A stretch of 64,000 nucleotides of DNA from Trichoplax sp. H2 (taxonomy: Eukaryota), in the NCBI GenBank assembly GCA_003344405.1, contig NOWV01000140.1:62001-126000 (forward strand), in the 5' to 3' direction. Of this stretch, positions 1 through 13,674 are shown in pieces. Numbering within the stretch: the first letter of the stretch is position 1; each line of letters begins with the position of its first letter. The position numbers were made by a program, and so were the translations under genes. Under the pieces are notes generated by a model that saw nothing but the letters and a program-made list of their open reading frames with translations, had not been told where the DNA came from and made no database searches.

Positions 1-143
1 TTACAATTCATATTGATAGTATTTTACCTCTATCGTATACTTGATCTGCTTGTAGTGCATGCATATGATACTTTAGGGATAAAACCAAAGTCTCAATTGA
101 AATGATTTTCTAACGAATAAACGTATGATGCTCCAAACTTGAA

Positions 144-1605
144 TCAAATTGCCACTATATCGATTTTACATTCAGGTGGAATATACTTCATTTTCTTTTT
201 GTCTTGAATGAAAATTTTTCCTTGGCTGAAACAAACCAAGGCAGGATAGTTTTTTTGATGACGTGTTTTATAATTAATCAACACGAAAGAATCGTCGGAG
301 TCGACAAATTCGAAATTATAGCTGCATATGAATCTGGGGGGAATTTTCTTTTCGATGTGACGAATTTTTTCTTTTAGAGCCGTCGAGTTGTAATGGTTAG
401 GGATTGCCTTGGCGCTGTCTCTCAGTAGTAAATCCTGCAACATAACAGATAAAATGCATTATTGTCATTAGCTTCTTTCAACCTGTAAAATTCTAGTAAA
501 AAGCCATGTTAAGTACGAATATAACTATACTTGTAGATGTGAATATTCCTATCATTCAGCAAGTAAATCCTACTTAGTTTAATAATTAAGAATTTTAACA
601 TAGACTAGCCATTAATCCTCAAATCACGGATTGATAAAGTTGTCAATAGCAAGTTCATGTTCATCTCTATCACTAGTTGATTTTCTCTACCAACCATCGC
701 TATCAGAAATAAATTTACTGGCATATCTTATGCTATGCTTACCACAAATACCAAATCGTAATAATATGGATCTTGTCGCTGCTGAAGGCATAATAAATAA
801 GATGGCTTTCTATCAACCATATGCAATATCCAAATAATGCTTATAGCGCTACGTAGCATCGTGAAATGTCCTAGAATAATATGATAGGAATTTAAAAGCA
901 TAAAATCGATAAGAATCAGTCTTCTATTCGTATTGTATTGCACGATTGATATGCTCTAGCTTAGGTATTGACTGAATCATGATCAAAGAATAAACGTAAA
1001 GTATGCTAGCGTAGACTTTTCATCGAAGCAACAGTAGTTCATAATACGATTATGCAGAATCAAGTATAAAAATACAGACTGCAATCGTGGAGCACCTCTC
1101 CATATTCCCGAGCTCTAATCTTAATTTCCTGATGATACCATAATTGAAGCGCTTTTACTCATTTATGCTAGTAGAAATGATCAACTTACCAATATCGGGA
1201 TTGAGAGAAACTTGAGGTAGATTTGTATCTGATTCACCTAAATAACCAGCCCTATTTCCAATAACGAATGCTTGATCACTTTTACTTATATAGCCATCCA
1301 TACTCCGGTACGCGAATTCATTATTGCGTAGAAGATCTGTAAAGATAAATATTTCATTGATCTTACTTGGCCATTAGCCAAAACTATTCCGATTAGCGGC
1401 GCATTTATATCAATTATTGTTAATACAATTAAGCAAGCATGAGATCAAGTAAAAGGAAGTAATGTCATGGAAATAAAGGAGTAAAGTAAAAATAGATACC
1501 GTATCTTTAATTAATAACAGCCAAAATAGAGTGCTTATTATACACACAGCTTTCTATTAAAAGATTCATGAGCTACTTACGATTTTTATGAAGATGAGAA
1601 CGCAT
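144..1605 (-). CDS. Family paralog P1: putative IL-1-like beta-trefoil protein, at least 196 aa, 4 coding exons
   Basis: Exons (+ coordinates) 1581-1605 (the exon extends to an acceptor at 1645), 1190-1336 (147 bp), 743-870 (128 bp), 144-434 (291 bp). All introns are GT-AG, phases 1/1/0, frame open: MRSHLHKNH LLRNNEFAYRSMDGYISKSDQAFVIGNRAGYLGESDTNLPQVSLNPDIG HFTMLRSAISIIWILHMVDRKPSYLLCLQQRQDPYYYDLVFV DLLLRDSAK...EKKIPPRFICSYNFEF...ALVCFSQGKIFIQDKKKMKYIPPECKIDIVAI*. The start may lie further upstream. The gene model is well supported; the product call is inference. Confidence 0.85.
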
Positions 1606-4600
1606 TTTTTCTTCAATTTGCCGTGGATGCACCGTTGTAAACTTCCTGTTAAAGTGCTGATATTTCAATACTTTATAAACACTATGATAGTTAAATGATT
1701 TTAGGGAAAAATGTATTTGAAATTTCTTTGTAACAATATAATCCGCTCAATAGTGTAAATTAAAACACCAATGCAAATAATAGAACTAATGGGCCTGATA
1801 ATTTTATACTCCTACAAGGTGCTAAAATGCAATGGAACGATTTCGGCAGTAGTTCTGTTTAAAATTCTTTCTTAGCGATGTAATTCTCTCAATAACGCCA
1901 ACAAAAACTAATCTAACGATCAGATTTATGAGCTTTACAGTTATCGCCTCATTGCTTTATATAATCTACTTAATATGTCAGTTTTAATTCCACTCTTGCT
2001 GTCTTCTCTATAAGGAAACGAAACTGTTGTTGTGTACCTAAAATGAAATAATTTATTAAGCGTATCCAAAAATTCATTCAATTATCACAATATTAGTTTA
2101 AACAATTGATGTTTACCGATGAGTTATCATCACTAATGTCTTCAGTAACATATAGATCCATATAAAGAATAAGCAACCCTTCCAAACCAGTCCGGAATAA
2201 AAAAATATCTTGCTTTCTCATGGCCAATAAATTTCAAAACCGAAATGGCATTTATTCTCTATGACAAAATAAAAAATGGTTCCAAGTTTGACTTCTTCCA
2301 AATTTGTCACATCTTTCACAACATGCAACGGAATGCAAACTATTTTGATGCCTATCTTGTATCCCGGCTTATAAGTCAACAATGTTTAAATGTATTAGTA
2401 TACAGAATACGTGGCGCTACTTCTCAAGTCATTTAAATAATTAATTCAATTTTAAAAATTGGGTCAATTCAACAAAAAAAGACGCCGGCAGTTTCATGAC
2501 TTAATTAGCAATAGCAGATAATCTCTTGTTCACCCATTTTACTTAGCGTGGTTTTAAATTTGAGTTGACAACACAAACTTCAACTATAGTCATTTAAATA
2601 ACTTCTACAAATTTAATATTCCATTACTGTCCGTATACTTGTAGCATAACAGGCAATAATGCAATACGTCTACGTGTTAGATTGTTTGTAAATTTAAAAT
2701 TACGAAACTAATTCAGTTTCGATTAAAGCCAAGTGAATTAGTTTAGATACCAATTTCGTAGGCAGCTCAAAGATTAGATCGTATGATTGTAATTAATCAC
2801 TTGATCGGTGATGTTCTCATGCATTTTAAAGGAGAGCCTTAAGCGATACTCATATACTTTTAGATCTAAGAATGTACGATAGCTAAGATTTTTTATTAGT
2901 ATAAAATTCCGTTCGCATATGCTCTGTAGCTGCTTGCGTAGATACCCGTAACATATAGATAGAAGATATAAATGCCAATGACTTTTAAAATAACAAGAAT
3001 TCTAGATTTGACTCTAGTGAAGACTGGTGCTAGTGTTTAACCGACGTTGGAAACAGTTTCTTCGAGTATGTTACTATAGTAAAGCAACAATGGCATAGTT
3101 GTAATATATAATGAACTCATATTAAATGTTTTACAAAGAATTTAATAACAATAGAATTTAAAAGTGCTTACATCTAAAAAAAGTAAACAAAAGATTAATT
3201 GCGTCGCAGGAAAAAAATCATGCATTACCTACAAAAAATCTATGTTAAAAAAGAACTGAGGTAACAATTAATTGTAATAGGATCTAAAATTTAATTGGTA
3301 GCGAAATAAATAACTGACACTTGTGCTAATAAGATTATAAATAAGAAATCTATGTCTAAAGATAGCGGTATCAAACTTGATCATATCTTTAATAAGATTT
3401 AAACCTGCATTTAAGTGACAATAAAATAAATAAAAAATTATCATGTCAGCAAAAATTAAACAGATAGAATTTACGTTCATGGCTTTGACTTCAGAATTGT
3501 AATCAAACTTTTACCCTATCTATAATAAGATTTAAAGCTACATCCAGCTAAGAATAAAAAAACAAATCATAACCATTTTCCGACAAAAATTATAAATAAG
3601 GAATCTATATTTTTGAACTATGATGTCAAAATTTTCATATCATAGCCACAAGATAAATTCTATTTGTTTAACCCTATTAAGTTGCGTTTCATCAGTTATT
3701 ATACAATTAAATTTACCTGTATTCAACTTCTATAGTTAAAGTGATCACAAACACAAATACAGCTCCTTCTCTCGAAAATGGTTCTATGAACGTTACCCTA
3801 CCTAAAAAAGTAAAATATGAAATTTATGATAAAATTACGTTACGTATATCATCATCCAAGTTCTAGAACACTAGAAAACAAATAGATCACGCTAGTACAT
3901 AACTTATCTAATCAGGCCCAGTACTTCCTGTACCTAAATTGATATAAAACGGCCTAAAAACAATTTTTGGAGATGTTATCCAAAAATTTTTTCTTACTTT
4001 ACTATTAGTAGATAGCATAGTTAAAGTAGCTGCAAATTTTGAAAGCATGCAGGAAAAACACTAATCACTTTCTTCTTATACTGCATTGCCTATTTAGCTG
4101 TATAAACAAAAACATTATCTAATCATGGTGTATGTATTACAGATTGCATCATTCATTGCTTCGTTCGTTTATAATCTATCATGATCAACTTAATAGTTGA
4201 TAATTATCTAGAAGTTTAGGTACATGGTCTTGCACATCCAGTTATACTTTACAATTCTAGACATATCCTGCAATCCTGTTTTCCTTCTATTAATAGATAC
4301 TACTGTCACAATAGATCTTGCTTTGGCAGCTTGCTGAGAACCACTAGCTTTTTTCTGTTACTACAGTAACTATCAAGTTATATAGTCAACAACATTGTCC
4401 GATCATAGTTTGTATCTCAGATAGGTTTCATCGTTCATTACTTCATTCGTTTGCAATTCATCATGATCAACTTAATAGTTTGCAATTAAGAACTACATGA
4501 TCTTGATTGCTTAGCTATAGGTTGCAAACAGATATATAAATATAAATCATTGCATGTATACTGTTTACCTATTATCTGCTCTCTGCAAAATATGCATAAT

Positions 4601-5674
4601 TTATAATATCCAATCAGAATTAACTTTATCATCATGCTTAAAATTAACGATAAGCAAATGCCGTGATATAGTGCGAAATATATCTTAAACTTCCTTTATT
4701 TTACTGTAAACGGATAATAAGGTTAAAGCAGCTCCGTCCTTATCATCTTGCTAATAAAATACTAACTCTTTTCTTCTTGGACCGTAAACAAAAGAATAGA
4801 CATAAAAACGTTATTAATTATTAGTTTATGTCATAAACTGTTTTACATCATTCGTTACTTGACGTATTGGCAATTAAAAAAGACCTGCTTACAAAAAATT
4901 CACTTTAATGGCTGCCAACTGTCGATTACATTTTACAATATTGCTAACTACTTTTAGAATCTGCTTACATGGCGCTGTTTGGTAAACAAATTCAAAGATA
5001 TGCTTTATTCATTTGAAATTGAATAAAAAATAGCAATATCTGTAGTTTCTAAATAGAATATTCTCAATACTTATACGCAGTCTAATAATATACTGTGCCA
5101 TACTGTATGAATGCAAAACGGATTGGCAGCAAAATATAAAATATATTAATTAAGCTGATGAGAGCGAATGATGAAGGTTTCAGCAATCAAGCATTTCTGT
5201 TACTATATAATCCTAACTTTTTTCCTTTTGTACCCTTTTCAACTTGAAAATTATATATTAAAAAGGAAACTTAATTATGGGATTTATTTTACCCGTCCGA
5301 ATAACTGCACTGCCAATAATGCAATTTAAATCACTGTAGTATACATTATTAAATCATGTAAATCATAGCCATTATTACAATTTCGACATGGAAATAATAA
5401 TCTTTTTCTTAGTTTAATTTTCATATTATACACTCATTTTATTGGCTGTAATTCTAAGTTAAGCTCAGGGTAGCCTAACAATATGTAAGATAAGAGGTAT
5501 AGGCGTGAATTGACTGGAAAATTTAGTATCTTAAGAGATAATTCCAAGAAGTCGTCTAGAAGAGTTGAAATTCGATAAATTCTAAATAAAAAGTCAGAAT
5601 AAATTTAACAGGAGAACGATGTGTTTTATTACTTTTGATTCTTCTTCTTTAGTAATAGGAGAATGGTTATGTAC

Positions 5675-5722
5675 TATGGCTATCGTGGAGTAATTATTTA
5701 TGGCTATCGTGGAGTAATTATT
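5675..5722. repeat. Perfect 24-bp tandem duplication
   Basis: tatggctatcgtggagtaattatt occurs twice in tandem. Confidence 0.95.
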
Positions 5723-6259
5723 TAATTCATGTAGAGCAGCTTTCTTTTAAAAATAATGACAACAATCCATTTTATTAGGAAATAGTAGACATTGAAGTCA
5801 TTACAAAAAACATTTACAAATTCAGCAAGGTTATCAATTATCTTGACATCAAAAATGCATAAGACTATCTTCTGGATGGAATATGGTAAATTTTTGCAAT
5901 AAGTATAACAAGTAAAAGAATAGAAATGCGTTTAGGTGACTAAGTATGTATCAAAATTCCTAATACGATATTTCTATATCGCTAAATGTAGTAATAGCTG
6001 GCTACAATTGGCAACTTAGACGGCATTATAGCTAAAATATGTGCTGTCAAAAAATATTGATTATAAAACAAAGTATATTGCTGTAGTCAGTAAAGCACTT
6101 GAGGTAAGTGCGGTCAAGAATGGTTCATAGCAATTAAATCAAATGCAATTTCCAATTTATAATAAGAGCCTTGTACATTTATCGCAAGCATGATAGTTTA
6201 AAGGTTGAATTAAAGTCTTGGATAACGTAATTTAAAAGGCAAAACAGCCAGAACTTGAA

Positions 6260-7631
6260 CTAAGTATTCACCAAAAGTATTCTGCATTCAGAAAGAATGG
6301 AGTTATATACGTATTTTATTCCATCAAGCTTTATAATCATTCTACTATTAAAACAGACTGCTTTAAATTGATATTGGTTAGGTCCATGAATCCTGCAAAT
6401 ACTCTAGACCAAGATATTTGCCGATTCGGGCAAATAGTAATCGCATTCAAAGCTACAGAAGTATTTGGATTCAATTTCCTCTTCGATACGTTGTATTTTA
6501 TTACATAGTTGATTCTCGATTATATTTACGCTATGATTCAGATACAAATCCTATATAGTACAAAATGATGACATTTAATTATTAACCCTAACAAATTTTA
6601 AAATCGCTAAGTTTAGTAAAACCTCATCAAATGTTATACAAGCACAGTATATTAATTTTTGTCAAATTTTTTAGGAATTCAGCATGTGGCACGCTAGCGA
6701 AGAAATATCAACATCGCGTTGCAATCCATAATCAAATTAAGGTTTAATAAATTTCCTAGTAGCAAGCTCAGCTTTACTGTCAATCATTAATGGATTCCTA
6801 TCTAGTTAGCAAAATTATTAATAATCTTGTTATCAAAGAGAATGAAATTCTTACCTCAAATACCATCTCATAATGAAAATGATCTTGACGCTGATGGAGG
6901 CATAAAAAGAAGATGGTCGTTTCCCAACCACTTGCAATATACAAAAGAGTGTCATATTGCTAAGTATCAATATAAAATGCTCTGCAGAAAGGATATGGGA
7001 ATGATGAAGGATGAAATGGTTAGCTCTTACTCCTATTGATGAATGGCAATGACTAACTTACTTGTATCAGGCACTTGAGTTAGATTGGCATCGATTCTAC
7101 CTACGAAACCATTATTACTTCCAATATTTATCGCTTGAATAGTTCTTTGAATATATCCATCACTACCGCGATAAGCAAATATTTCTCCAATTATGTCATC
7201 TATAACATACGAGATGGAACATTAACGTATACTGTTTATTCCTGACCATAAACCCAAAAATTAGAAACCAATTTATTCAATTCCAATCCTTTCTATGCAG
7301 TCGCTGTTCTTATCAAAGTCAATTCTTGACCGATACTATATAACTGTCCATGCTAACTTACAAATTATCTGGATATCAAGTATGAACTCGCTACCATAGT
7401 GATATATTGTGCTAATGATGAGATTAAAGCGGGAGAGAAAAAAGATCGAACAAAAAATAATTTAAGTCCTCCTACAGAGATGAAGCAGTAAAGGAGCAAG
7501 GTAATAAAGAATAAATATTAAAGATCGATTTTAAGCTGATCAAGTGCTCATTGAAAAGATTAAAGAGCAACTTACTATTCCTAACAGTATCATATTCTCC
7601 ATTATGCCAAGGATATACAGTAATTTTCTTA
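6260..7631 (-). pseudogene. Paralog P2 pseudogene (sister of P1)
   Basis: Exons 7576-7631, 7062-7199 (138 bp, DIIGEIFAYRGSDGYIQRTIQAINIGSNNGFVG...), 6855-6981 and 6260-6550. The 6855-6981 exon is 127 bp versus 128 in P1 (1-bp deletion near 6904-6912, frameshift before the conserved Cys). The 6260-6550 exon is 291 bp as in P1 but has an in-frame TAG at 6404-6406. Confidence 0.85.
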
Positions 7632-8599
7632 CTACTTGAATACTGATATCTTAATCACTTTAATTGTGAAAGCAGTAATTTTTATTTAATATCGTGATTA
7701 TGTAACTCGCTCAGGGACGACAATTAAAGCTAACGGAATTATCAGCCCTTGTGAGTCTTATAGTTTCTCTCGGCAGTTCTAGAAAATATTGCTTTATATT
7801 CCATGCCTATCTCCTCTCTTATTGTCTTATTTAATAGAAATAAAACTGTTTCAATACAGCAAATAAAGGAAAATTTATTAAAAAAGCCTTAGAGAGCTGA
7901 TTAAATAATGGCTTATACTAAGAATAAGTCGTCACAACATTCTACTGTAATATATAATCACTCCTAATATGTTTACCAAGATGCTACCTTAGCAGTCTTC
8001 TTTTCTATTATGTCAATCATTCATAAAATAAAATAGAAACTGTTTTAATTTATCATATTGCGACAGGTACTTCAACAGTATCTAAATTGCTTAACGAGAA
8101 TCATATGCCAAATTAGACACGTTATTTAAATTAACTCTGTGCTAAAACTAGACCATTGATAAGAATAATAGCTCGCCTGCAGTGAACGACGCCAAGTATC
8201 AGTTAGTATTTCAATCTCTTAAGGATTTTATGTTAACTTTGTGTTCTTCTAAATTATAGCCTATGGCACAATGTAATTCCTCAGTGATATAAATAATTTT
8301 ACAAGTAAAGAAGATCTTATTCTATAGTAATCTAATAGAGACTTGCAATATTCTATAAAGAATAAGGTTTAAAAGGCACTTGCAACCGAAAATAAAATAA
8401 ACAAATGCTGTAGTTGTTCCAGATCATTACATTGCAGTGCAAAATTGCGAACATACGAGCGTATAAATATATGTCTTCAATCAAGATAGAGTTAAGGATT
8501 ACTTTTATCCATGTGTAATAAAGATACTGAACCTCTGCTACATAGCGTTTTGTATGAAATTATGGCTACTTTACAATAGAAATCATCTAAGAAGTGAGG

Positions 8600-8770
8600 G
8601 TGTTCTTTAGATTTACCTCGTTAGGGCGAGATATCGACACCTTTTCTTCTTCACTACCGTACAAAATTTTATATAGATTACTACAGAAATGATCTATGAG
8701 CAATTGCCTAATCTAAAGAAAGGAAGTTAGATAGTCTATCGAGATTGAAAAAATCTTTTGATGCTACTAT
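8600..8770. repeat. Old, diverged fragment of the palindromic element family
   Basis: cttttcttcttcact...tatatagattactac...gagcaattgcctaatctaaagaaagg aligns with 48550-48640. Confidence 0.55.
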
Positions 8771-9798
8771 CCTCAGCTTTGACATAATATTTCAATATTA
8801 TAATTTAAAATAGCGCTATCACAACCTACGCTTGCTATTAATTTACTGCTCATATTTTCCTACGGCGAAGACAAGTTGGAATTGCATAAATGATAATTTT
8901 TCATCGGTATAAATTATCAAAGATTGAAGAACTAAAGTTAAAACGGATTCATTTCGGATTTGAAGTCTGGCCATAGAAATTATCATATCTCTCTATTATC
9001 AAGAACTGCAATAAAATGAAACTCAGCATATGTGTAAGGGCTTTTCAATAGATTTACATCGATAATAATAAGTTGCTGCCCTATCTACAGAATCAATCTT
9101 TTAGAAAGCCCAATAACTTTCGTCGTTAATTATTAGTCTAAAATATCATCACATCCAATGACTGCTCATTTAATGATTCATATGGCAGTTATTCTGTAAT
9201 TATATCTAATTCTTCATTATTTTGAGAACAAGAATGGATATTATTTTTGGACAAGTTAAACAATCAGAGTACTTTATTGATTACATTGTTGATTTGCATA
9301 AATGTAAGGATTCTGTTATTGGGTGAAAATGAACGATGATATTGCTAATTATAAAGTCTAACAGACAACATTGATTATTCAAACAGATTCCAAGCTTGAG
9401 CAATGGGTTGATATAGGTTAAATAACGTAAATAAACATTACAACAACGGATCTGGCTCACTGTAATAGGATTTCAGTTTTCATTTCTATAATGTCTATCA
9501 CATACTTGACTAATTTTAGTGTCAATTCTATTTCTTTTCGTTTCTCTTATCGTAATATACAGCATTTTTGCCATACATCAGAAAGCTATGCATAAAATTG
9601 ATATTTGAAACTTTGATTTAGGTGATAAGATAGATAATCAGCACCAATATATCTTAATTATATTATTTCTTACTGTCATATTCGTCAGACTCCATCTAGC
9701 AGGTATCGATTAGCCGTTTTATAAATTGGTTTGGGTTGTAATTGGTAAATCGATAGGGGTAAGCTTATTATTATTCATCCTTACATATATTCCATCCA

Positions 9799-12700
9799 TT
9801 AATTATCGTACTTTGTGACAGGTAAGATTGAAAAGATGCAGTCTCGTGGAATGTAGTCACTAGGTCTTTTGAATAAAGTTGCAGTACCTTGCGCAAAGAA
9901 GAAAATGGTATCATTCGGGTGATAATCGCCATCAACAAGTTGGAATGCCATTTGCGGCTCCCCCATAAAAGGCTTAAGCATGAGCATAGAAAATTTCCAG
10001 ATGACATCATAGCTTGTTAATGTCTTTATCCTATCCACTATTCGTGTGATTATATCTCTAGTATCGTCTTCTTCTATGGCAGGAACACTCTAAATATGTG
10101 AAGAAGATTTAGCTAATACTATCAACTGCCTATTTGTAAGTACTAATGAGACTGAAAATATCCATCGCACACAAGTACAAAAGATAAAAATGAAGCCAAA
10201 CTGTAAGCTTGGATAGAAATGAGTGGCTTCAATACCTGTACTTAACAAGACAATACAAAATAATTTGGATAGAAATAATAAGATAATAATTGATTTAAAT
10301 TAGCCCTTAGTAAATAACTTTTAGGGTTAAGTGTAATCATGCGTAGACCAGGGAAAAAGGGAATAGGGTAAAATAATGTCTTAAATCATGGTGTTATATT
10401 AATAAAATTAGTATTAGGATTTATGATTATTTTTTCTCGTTCTTGTATGGACGACTATTTACTCTTTCGAATTCGAATACTACCGGTAAAGAAAAATATT
10501 GTGTGTATTGAGCTAAATTTGGAAAATATTGTAAGCCGTGATAACATATTATGCAGAAAACAGTTCTATTCTAATGATGCTCAAATCTTAATAGAATGGA
10601 CTTCACTATTTCATATAACTTTTTCGACAGGGAAACACTCTTTAATGTATAATTGGCATTCCTTTTGACGAGAGTACAGGTTCGGAAAGTTAAGAATTAT
10701 GAGTATGTTCGTAAAATGCTATGCTGATAAAAATTATAATCTACAATGGTATTACAATTTCTTATAATTTTTCTGTACGAAAGAATTCGGTATTACACCA
10801 GAATCAATCTGATCGGGACTGGAAAGTTTTAAAGAATAAAGAAGCCTTTATGATGACGGTTAATTTTTAGAATTCTCTCTCAAGATTTTCTTATTTTAAT
10901 AAGTACTATAGCTTTAAAAATAACTTAATTTGGTTTAATTATAGTAGGTTTAACTTAATATCGTAACACATTGTTAACCTGACTACTTTATTCAGGTTAG
11001 AGCGTAAGAATATTCTGTAGCATAATTTTGATAAGAGTATCACGATGTTAGATTGTAATTTATGTGATATAATTAGTTAGTATAATACTCCTGCTTTAAT
11101 TATGATAAAAACTAGTAGCCAATTTTGATTACAAAGTGCAGTAGAGATAATGTTACTTCGTTATTGAATACTGTGTAAACCCAAATATTTCGATCTGGGT
11201 TCTAATTTAAGATTGTTAGTGAGCCTTAGTCTTTTTTGTATATGTCTTAGACCGTAGGGAAGTAAAATTTGTAGATTTAGTAATTTTGAGAATCTAGGGT
11301 ACAATTTATCTGATCATATGTGTTTAATGGCTAATTTTATTTAAAATAATTTAGAATAATAATTTGATAGCCTAATGCCACCAACTGCCCTAAATTCGTG
11401 AGTAAATTGTATTTTTCGTTGATAGTTTGACTTGTTAAGGCAGCAATTCTGCCCTTATTGTAATTTTTAATTGGTTTTTATAAGTTGTTTGCTAAATTTA
11501 TAAATTATTGGTGGTTTCTCCTAATTTTCCTTGAGTTAGAATTAAAAATTTGTTAGATTTACTTGAACTTTTGCGTCCATTCTTACTCTTAGATGAAACT
11601 ACTATTTAACTCTGAAAAAGAATGAAATCTTATAAAGCAACTCAAGTACAGTACATTTAATTGCAAGTAGCTTATCGATAGGGGAAAGTTCATTGCAACA
11701 AAAATGATACAGTATGTTATAAAGTGTAAAATCACAGAATATTTAAAATAATCTTGCTAACTGCGCTACAGTCTCGTATTAAAAGTGATTATTACAATTA
11801 TTTATGCAGATTAATGTTTGAATGTAATACTCATTCTTACGTAATTTATTGCAAGATCATGTATAAAAGACTGGAAATTACTTGCATTCTTATAGAATAT
11901 TTATCATTTATTTCTTTAACTTACTAAGTAGGCAACTTCGTAGTTTTTGCTTCTATGGTGTCGAACTAAGCACAATACAGCTTCTGGTCTATTCTTAGTT
12001 ATAGAAAGAAAAGCAGTTTTCTCTTCATCCATAGGTCGCATTTCAAGATGTACTAGAAATGGAAGGAAGTAACTTTAATAATTTCAAAAATATCGGAAAT
12101 AAGGAATACCGTAATCTACAATTCTTTAAACATAAGCCTGTCGTAAATTTATCTAATAATACACTATCATTTTCCCTACATTAAATTCTTATACATGATA
12201 AAATTATAAGATCAAACATTATTCATAGCTGGATAGGAAGGAATTATCTATAATTCTAAAAACTTTAAGTCTGTCATAACTATCTTATATTAAATTTTCC
12301 TGCGGTATGTTCATTTTCGTTATAAATTATGTCATCGTACGTTAATGCCTGGATGAGACGAATTATTTTTAATTTTATCACTTTTAAGCTCTTAGTGTGT
12401 AGTGGTTTTACGAATACAAGCCTTATATTAAATTAATAATGACAGAAGCAAATGCGAGATCAAATATTAGTGTTAAATTAACTTGCAGTAAAGTTAGTTT
12501 TTACCGCATGGCATAAAATGGCAAGATACTGCTGCTTACAACTCTACAAATTCATTAGCTTAAAATCCTTTTTTTTACTAAGTGTTGTTTAGGATTTTAT
12601 TCATTTATTTAGAAACAAATTATTATGATATATATTTAGCTCGTAATAATTGCACTTGACGGTATGCTAGCCTGCCATTTGCCAAACATCATGGCTGAAG

Positions 12701-13674
12701 TAGTAAATCGAATACCCGTGATCGGTATCAGTAGTGAAGTACTACGGCTCATAACTCTGCAACTTCGTTACCTTATAATTATTATTTTGACTTTATGTTA
12801 ACTTGTAAGAAAGTTAACGGTTATCTTATGTAAGAAATGGTGAAAAGCTACTGTTTACAAGTCTTTAAATTTACTAGTCTATAAATATTATTCTGATTAT
12901 AGGTTAACTTGTAGTAAAATTAATGGTTATGTCATAGAATAATGAAATGCTGCTGTCTAGATTATCTTAATGATGGATAACAGTTTTTATAAATGGAAAG
13001 GCTGCATCGCTAATAGAATATTAGTTCCATATAGCATAAAATCAAAATAATTTGCTTGCAGATAACTAGTTAAAAAGCTATACCATCGCTAAGGTATATA
13101 TATATGTTACGGCGTAACATATATACTCCTTAGCTGTAACTGGCATAGTTTAAGTTATAATGACATAGATATTGGGTAGAATACCAACATCGAAAAGAAA
13201 GCTTAATCATACCAGCTTCAGGATCCAATTTATCTATTATGCTTGAAAAAACGGCTTCAAAACCAATACTGGATCCATATGGTATAATTTCTGTACTGCG
13301 AATCAAATATTGATCATTCCACAGTAACATAACTGTTCGGGCACTAGATGCCTCAGAAACTTTCGCATGTTCATCTGCTAAAAGCCGAAATCAGAAGATG
13401 AATCTTAACAATTCCATCTTAGAATCGAAAGTATCTATAAGTAATTTCATTACTGCCATGGATACGGGTAATAATACTAGTGTAAATTTCGTCATATAAC
13501 TAATTGAATTTCCCATCTAACTAGCCAATTTATATTTTTAAGACAACAAAATTAGTGTTTGGAATTTGAGTTCTATCTCACTAATCCTACTCGAATATAG
13601 ATTTTTTAAGCATAAATTGCTGGTTGGAAAATTTTGTAACAGTTCCTAGTAAGTCTCGTCAATTTACCCGACAT
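9799..13674 (-). CDS. Family paralog P3: putative IL-1-like beta-trefoil protein, 196 aa
   Basis: Coding exons 13668-13674 (ATG TCG G), 13213-13377 (165 bp), 11925-12052 (128 bp), 9799-10089 (291 bp); GT-AG, phases 1/1/0. MSADEHAKVSEASSARTVMLLWNDQYLIRSTEIIPYGSSIGFEAVFSSIIDKLDPEAV HLEMRPMDEEKTAFLSITKNRPEAVLCLVRHHRSKNYEVAYL SVPAIEEDDTRDIITRIVDRIKTLTSYDVIWKFSMLML...YIPRDCIFSILPVTKYDN*. Confidence 0.88.

Noticed and set aside
13094-13126. Small hairpin tatatatgttac-ggc-gtaacatatata in a P3 intron
   Set aside because: It is short, largely TA-dinucleotide derived and absent from the sister gene P4; no evidence of function.
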